From an uncultured virus (IMG/VR IMGVR_UViG_3300047481_002482) (taxonomy: Duplodnaviria > Heunggongvirae > Uroviricota > Caudoviricetes): a DNA stretch of 20,000 bases. Made by a program: the position numbers and the translations under genes. Positions 14,697-20,000 of the stretch are shown one piece after another. Under the pieces are notes generated by a model, which was given only the letters and a program-made list of their open reading frames with translations, did no database searches and was not told the origin of the DNA. How positions within the stretch are numbered: position 1 is the stretch's first letter; every line of letters starts with the position of its first letter. The stretch lies in the IMG/VR virus record IMGVR_UViG_3300047481_002482; one strand, given 5' to 3'.

Positions 14697-15655
14697 TAAC
14701 AGGTGGACTCGGTCTTATCGGCCATAATGTGGTACAACGATTGCAAGCACAAGCACACGAGATCATCATCACGGATATATGCACCAACTATGGTATCGTG
14801 CCACAGAGCGAAATAGATTATCTTGCAGCGGAACGACGGAAGAAAATAGATCCTGCTACCAAGATCTATGACGTTGACATCGCAGATCAGGTAGGCATGG
14901 ACAATCTCCTGCGTAGCCATAGACCTCACACTGTGATACACATGGCCAGTTTTCCCAGGCAGAAAGTGGTCAATGCCGATCCAATGCTGGGCAGCAGGAC
15001 CATGAGCGAAGGACTACTGAATCTTTTGGAACTGTCAGCTCGCCACGGCGTGGATAGGTTTGTCTATATCTCAAGCAGCATGGTGTACGGTAATTTCGTC
15101 GATGATGTTCGCGAAGATGCTGAGTGTAGGCCACAAGGACAATACGGAATAATGAAATTGGCAGGAGAATGGCTGGTTCGTGACTACACCCGGAGAGGTC
15201 GGCTGGATCACGTGATCATCCGTCCCTCTGCTGTGTACGGTGAGCTAGATGTCGAAGATCGGGTGGTTTCGAAATTCATGTCAACGGCACTGCGAGATGG
15301 TGTGTTGGAAGTGAATGGAGCCCAAGAGACTTTAGATTTTACCTATGTTGATGATGCAGCTGATGGCATAGTGGCCGCTGCCGTGGTACCTGTGGCTCGT
15401 AACCAGACTTATAACATGACCAAGAGCCACTCATGGCGCTTGTTGGATGCAGCCAATCTAGCAGTGAAGATAGCCGGTCGTGGCACGGTAGAGGTACGGG
15501 ACCGAGATCTAGACTTTCCTAGCCGTGGTGCTCTAAACATTGATGCCGCACGACGAGATCTAGGATTCAATCCTAAAGTAGACATAGAAGAAGGATTTCA
15601 AAGGTATCATGACTGGCTTAAAGATAGCATTTACTGGTCTCCAAAAACAATATAA
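14672..15655 (+). CDS. NAD-dependent NDP-sugar epimerase/dehydratase (extended SDR)
   Basis: TGGLGLIG, SSSMVYG, YGIMK (YxxxK) and DFTYVDD. Confidence 0.93.
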   Translation: MAKTTKILVTGGLGLIGHNVVQRLQAQAHEIIITDICTNYGIVPQSEIDYLAAERRKKIDPATKIYDVDIADQVGMDNLLRSHRPHTVIHMASFPRQKVVNADPMLGSRTMSEGLLNLLELSARHGVDRFVYISSSMVYGNFVDDVREDAECRPQGQYGIMKLAGEWLVRDYTRRGRLDHVIIRPSAVYGELDVEDRVVSKFMSTALRDGVLEVNGAQETLDFTYVDDAADGIVAAAVVPVARNQTYNMTKSHSWRLLDAANLAVKIAGRGTVEVRDRDLDFPSRGALNIDAARRDLGFNPKVDIEEGFQRYHDWLKDSIYWSPKTI

Positions 15656-16709
15656 CAATCACCGATCTGAGATCTTGGATGCCACGGATGAGGTGCTTAG
15701 GTCGGGCCAACTCATGGATGGAAATTTTACCGCAGAGTTTGAAAACTGGCTGTCACGACGTAACGGTACCAAATATGCAGTGACCTGCCACTCGGGCACG
15801 CAGGCCCTGGAGATTATCGCCGCTTATTATGCCACTGAACGTGGTGCTCCCAATCCTCCCACTGTGTTGATACCTGCTGTCACCTATGTGGCCACTGCCA
15901 ACGCATTCATGCGCGCAGGCTGGGACGTGCATTTCGTTGATGTGGATGCCTTGGGTATCTTTGACATGCGAAGTATACCTGATGTGAGCTATCAGGCCAT
16001 GGTGCTGGTAGGACTGTATGGTGCCGCGATCACTCATATCGGCGATACCAAGATATGGCGTCAGACCGTGCTGCGCGATGGATTGGTCATAGAGGATGCC
16101 GCACAGCACTGGCTCTCCGGTGGATCTATCAGGATCGGTCAAGCGGCTGCCATAAGTTTTGATCCTATGAAGAATCTGGCTGCCTATGGCAACGGTGGCG
16201 CTGTTGTGACCAATGATGCTGATCTCTATAGGTACGCACAATCGATGCGCAACAACGGCAAACCCCATCATCACGATGCGGGTACCAATAGCAGGATGAG
16301 CGAGATAGACTGTGCCACCTTGCTGGTCAAAACTCGATATATCGATCAATGGCAACAGCGCAGAGGCAAGATAGCACAGTTTTGGATGGAAAAACTACAA
16401 ATACCAGGTCTGCGATGCCTTATCACGCGTGACAATTGTCACGATCATTCATATCACAAATTTGTGATAGATGTAGAGGCTCGCGACATCTTGCAGAAGA
16501 ATCTGGCCATACGAGGCATAGAGACACGTGTGCATTACGCACAGCCCTTGCATGAAATCGACATCTATCGGCAGTGGCCTGGACCTAATTTCCTTAGTTC
16601 AGCCTCTGCGCTGTGCCGCAGGGTGTTGAGCCTGCCTATCTACCCCGAACTCACCGACCTGCAGGTAGAATATATTGCGGATCAAGTACGCGACTGCGTG
16701 ATGAGTTGA
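15609..16709 (+). CDS. DegT/DnrJ/EryC1/StrS PLP-dependent sugar aminotransferase
   Basis: SGTQAL, IEDAAQ, SFDPMKNLAAYGNGG (PLP lysine) and LSLPIYP. Confidence 0.93.
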   Translation: MTGLKIAFTGLQKQYNNHRSEILDATDEVLRSGQLMDGNFTAEFENWLSRRNGTKYAVTCHSGTQALEIIAAYYATERGAPNPPTVLIPAVTYVATANAFMRAGWDVHFVDVDALGIFDMRSIPDVSYQAMVLVGLYGAAITHIGDTKIWRQTVLRDGLVIEDAAQHWLSGGSIRIGQAAAISFDPMKNLAAYGNGGAVVTNDADLYRYAQSMRNNGKPHHHDAGTNSRMSEIDCATLLVKTRYIDQWQQRRGKIAQFWMEKLQIPGLRCLITRDNCHDHSYHKFVIDVEARDILQKNLAIRGIETRVHYAQPLHEIDIYRQWPGPNFLSSASALCRRVLSLPIYPELTDLQVEYIADQVRDCVMS

Positions 16710-18295
16710 GGATGGATCATCATGGCATATGATGCCAACCAAGACCATTCATAACTTTTTTTCAGCGCATCAAAGTCGCCTGACACCTCTTCATAATACC
16801 TCACAGCATCGTTGGCTCCTGTGATGCTCCAGTGACCATTCGTGCCATCACCCGCATGTAGCCATCGCTCTAATCTATAGTCATTTTCCACATCAGGCAG
16901 GCTATGGCGTAACTTAAGGGCCTCTCGGAAGGCGGTGCGCCAGCAGGTCCAAGGATCGTTGTCGTAATAGGCTGTTCCGGAAACGATAGGGATCACTTCG
17001 TGTGGCTGGTCAAGCGTGAAATCTAGACCACGACCGGTATTCTCTAACACCAATTTACGATTGTAGGCTATCATGGCCTGATGGCCATAAACAAGATGGT
17101 TCACAGGATTGTAGGCATGGAAGATATAGTGTTTGGCCTTCTGCAGACGATCAGGTTGCCACCGCCAATCAAAATCTTCATTGACCTGCAGTTTGGCAAA
17201 CACGGCGAAGAACCAGTCAGTGTCACTGGCTCGAGCCGCTGCTTGGTAACAGGCCACACGACCTTTCACATCATCCACGCGGTGCAATCGATTTGCAGCC
17301 TGATGCTGTGCCAGACATTGTTGCAGCACATCGTGATGATGTTCGCCACCAGATTCTCCATTGGAGATAAACACGATATCTAAGGGTCGACCATGCACTA
17401 GATCCCATGATCGATCTATCGCCGGATAGTCATAGACCTGTGTGCGCAGATGATTCTTTACTTCTCTAGGCACTAAGACTGATTCTGCTCCGTGGCGCAA
17501 TGGAGTCACTGCCTTGGTCTCTTGTCGCCAGAGATTAACGGTGGGTCTTAGATTCTGCTGATCGTAACGAGAGAACTCCACCACTGGATCTTTGAAATCA
17601 TGTGCCCATATCGCGGGCACCACGCTGTCGGTATCATAGATCACCACCGGCGGTGAATCACGTGGTACATGGCAATCTTCTACGAAATGCAAGGTATCAA
17701 ACCACTCTAACAATACGAGATCCTGGCTCTGTGCTAGGAATGTAGGTACATGCACATAGAATGTATCTCCAAATTTTTGATCGTTGCTGGGGAATACATG
17801 TAACATGCGATCTTGCCATTCACTGGGATGCCAGGTAAAATCAAAATCTTGATAATCACATACATCTGCCGTGACCCAGCAATATTCCCAGTCTCGTCGA
17901 GATAGCGCCCGGCGCAGGGTACCTAGATAATCTGCGATGTATCGAGTGTTGAGATCTCCTTGATCCTCGCTGTGAGATCGGTGTTTGATATGCAGTCTTG
18001 GTACGGCTTGCTGCCTCGTTATCCTTGAGTGATCCCTATTGATATCTCGATAACCGCTCTTAGGTATCAACCATGTGCCCCCGTTGGCTTGATGTTGGCT
18101 GGGCCACACATGTGCCTGATTGTCCTGCCATGGTGAAGGCTCCCAAAGGAAATCAAATCCAGAATAGTCGTTGAGACCATTGACTACCCATAAGTATCTG
18201 GTGCGACTGAGAAATTGGGCATGTTCCACCGAATCGGCAGGTTTTTCATGTGCAAACATTCCGGTGGGTTGGTCAATATAAAAAATATCAAACAT
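16682..18295 (-). CDS. Putative glycosyltransferase-like phage protein (537 aa)
   Basis: Long ORF with repeated DF(D)F/WxWxP units and a C-terminal DIVFISNGE...WRTAFRE region; sits in the sugar cluster. Function inferred. Confidence 0.55.
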   Translation of the reverse strand: MFDIFYIDQPTGMFAHEKPADSVEHAQFLSRTRYLWVVNGLNDYSGFDFLWEPSPWQDNQAHVWPSQHQANGGTWLIPKSGYRDINRDHSRITRQQAVPRLHIKHRSHSEDQGDLNTRYIADYLGTLRRALSRRDWEYCWVTADVCDYQDFDFTWHPSEWQDRMLHVFPSNDQKFGDTFYVHVPTFLAQSQDLVLLEWFDTLHFVEDCHVPRDSPPVVIYDTDSVVPAIWAHDFKDPVVEFSRYDQQNLRPTVNLWRQETKAVTPLRHGAESVLVPREVKNHLRTQVYDYPAIDRSWDLVHGRPLDIVFISNGESGGEHHHDVLQQCLAQHQAANRLHRVDDVKGRVACYQAAARASDTDWFFAVFAKLQVNEDFDWRWQPDRLQKAKHYIFHAYNPVNHLVYGHQAMIAYNRKLVLENTGRGLDFTLDQPHEVIPIVSGTAYYDNDPWTCWRTAFREALKLRHSLPDVENDYRLERWLHAGDGTNGHWSITGANDAVRYYEEVSGDFDALKKSYEWSWLASYAMMIHPQLITQSRT

Positions 18296-19337
18296 GATAA
18301 GGATAGATGAAATCTATAGTAATGTGTTTTTGCCTCGAGTGCAAGGCAAACGGACAGTAGGATTGCATTGGTTTGATCCATTTGGCAGTGTGGATATTAG
18401 AGACATGGTAAATCTACCTCCGATAGATGGTCGAGCTGAGACACGCATAGTTTTTTGGGATCAAGAACCTCTACAACGAAACATATTCATGGCTTTCATG
18501 GATCAATTTGCTCCGGTTTACGAAGGACCGTTGCTGCTGGTCACCAGTGAACAGGCCAGTGATGAAGTAGCATGGGCTCGAGATACTTATGGGTTAGATT
18601 CTACCTACTATTTCTTCCATGGCTGGGCTGCGTTGGATTGGTATCGTGGGTATAATCACTCTTTTCTCTGGCCAGACTGGAATACCAGAACGATCCAGCG
18701 TAGGTTATTTTGCCCCAATAACATTATCGGTGGTACCCGGCAGCATCGACTGCGTCTAGTGTCAGGCATGGCTGAGAAACAACTACTGGAAGGAAACTAT
18801 ATCAGTTGTCCGGATCGGTGTCCATTTAGTTTAGAATCCGCGGCAGATATATGTGACAATCTCGGTATTGATCGCATACAAGGTTTGCCTTTTATGATAG
18901 ATCAGTCAACCAACCATGCCAAAGACAGCCACCGTATAGATTTTGGACAACACGCTATAGAGTGTTTTTGTCATGTGGTAACAGAGACTGTGTACGAGGG
19001 TAACAAATTGCATCTTACCGAAAAGACTTTTAAACCCATAGTGCTGCAACAACCATTTGTCTTGGTAGCTCCGCGCGGCAGCCTTGCTTACATGCGTTCT
19101 TATGGATTCAAGACCTTTGATCACATATGGGATGAAAGCTATGATACCTTGGATGATAACCATCGTCTGGCAGCTATTCTAGAGCTGTTGCAACAAATTA
19201 ACAGCTGGTCGTCTCAGACTATGGAACAAAATCAGTCCAAGATATCTGAGGTAGTTCTGTTCAATTACGCCTGGTTCTACGGTGGGTTCCAAGATATGTT
19301 GTGGCGCGAACTCTGTGATATGGTCCAACACTGGTGA
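18294..19337 (+). CDS. Glycosyltransferase-like phage protein (paralog of 9954-11114)
   Basis: Shares PFG, DQEP, YFFHGxAALDW and HVVTETV...LHLTEKTFKPI...RSYGFKTF...WDESYD with 9954-11114. Confidence 0.65.
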   Translation: MIRIDEIYSNVFLPRVQGKRTVGLHWFDPFGSVDIRDMVNLPPIDGRAETRIVFWDQEPLQRNIFMAFMDQFAPVYEGPLLLVTSEQASDEVAWARDTYGLDSTYYFFHGWAALDWYRGYNHSFLWPDWNTRTIQRRLFCPNNIIGGTRQHRLRLVSGMAEKQLLEGNYISCPDRCPFSLESAADICDNLGIDRIQGLPFMIDQSTNHAKDSHRIDFGQHAIECFCHVVTETVYEGNKLHLTEKTFKPIVLQQPFVLVAPRGSLAYMRSYGFKTFDHIWDESYDTLDDNHRLAAILELLQQINSWSSQTMEQNQSKISEVVLFNYAWFYGGFQDMLWRELCDMVQHW

Positions 19338-20000
19338 TACATTTTTGTTTTGATGATCTAGGGCCTAATCCTGATCTTGGTTATCCTAATCTTGCGCAAC
19401 ACAATCTCGCATCGGATCAGTTCGATACCACCTGGCCTCGATCAATACCTTTGCGGCTGATGATGTACTTCCAGTATGCTGGCATACCTTTCAAGTCTTG
19501 GTTGGTGGGGGCATGTCCTCGGGGATCATGGTATCCAGTGGCTCTGAGCTGGCATGACCATTCCATAGATTATTTTTCGCTGATGTCACCCCAAATCTTG
19601 CAAGCCTTGCGTCGTAAACATATCAAAGTGCTGTTTTATTATCATGAAGGTGATAACCCTGCTGTAATTAAACATCTTATGGACCAGCATACCCAAATCA
19701 ATCGATTGCCTCCGGATTGCTATCACTTTATCAGTGCTAACAGCCGCGCAGACCAGATTGCAAACTTTCGATATTTTTCTGACCACGAACATTTTTTCCA
19801 ATACATTAACCGCAGACAGAAAGCTCCTGAATTAGATTTGTCCCTGCGCTCCAAACAATTTGTTGCATTGAACCGCACACACAAATGGTGGCGTGCATCT
19901 ATAATGGCCGATCTCTGGCACCGAGATCTATTAAAAAATAGCTTGTGGAGTTACAACACCGAATGTACGATAGATGATGCTATGGATCATAATCCTCTGA
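19334..20000 (+). CDS. Hypothetical, probably the same glycosyltransferase-like family; 3'-truncated
   Basis: GTGA overlap with the upstream stop; frame open to the window end (222 codons); FVALNRTHKWWR resembles the FCSLN..R segment of the paralogs. Not in the ORF track. Confidence 0.7.
   Translation, partial: MIHFCFDDLGPNPDLGYPNLAQHNLASDQFDTTWPRSIPLRLMMYFQYAGIPFKSWLVGACPRGSWYPVALSWHDHSIDYFSLMSPQILQALRRKHIKVLFYYHEGDNPAVIKHLMDQHTQINRLPPDCYHFISANSRADQIANFRYFSDHEHFFQYINRRQKAPELDLSLRSKQFVALNRTHKWWRASIMADLWHRDLLKNSLWSYNTECTIDDAMDHNPL

Noticed and set aside
1..20000. Stop-codon reassignment; long antisense ORFs (e.g. 500-1036, 12714-13403, 15753-16355)
   Set aside because: Recognisable genes are full length under the standard code and end in TAA, TGA or TAG, with no suppressor tRNA. 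The antisense ORFs are shadows of well-supported genes.

Overview
This window looks like part of a large dsDNA phage genome. That is an inference from the dense gene packing, ThyX, a MoxR/VWA pair, a tRNA array, a phage-type phosphoesterase, and both sigma70-type and TAAATA-type promoters. A proteobacterial, possibly betaproteobacterial, host is suggested by the Bug/TctC protein and the ANDxxYAxAA tmRNA tag. The standard genetic code fits. Layout: (1) an SSS-family transporter, a hypothetical gene and a PP-loop ATPase; (2) a ~3.4 kb RNA-rich island (2917-6302); (3) a Bug/TctC binding protein and a second PP-loop ATPase; (4) a MoxR AAA ATPase and a DUF2201/VWA protein separated by inserted genes; (5) small hypothetical genes and thyX; (6) a sugar-modification cluster with an NDP-sugar epimerase, a DegT aminotransferase and glycosyltransferase-like paralogs. 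The RNA island holds the most novel signals. A leaderless 43-codon leader peptide and mutually exclusive antiterminator/terminator hairpins appear to gate the tRNA array by attenuation. The island also contains several unexplained structured RNAs, a tRNA-Asp split by a 295-bp gene-bearing insert, an RNA polymerase omega (rpoZ) homolog followed by a ~220-nt ncRNA, and a circularly permuted two-piece tmRNA whose intervening segment encodes a small protein. All folds were worked out by eye; no searches were run.
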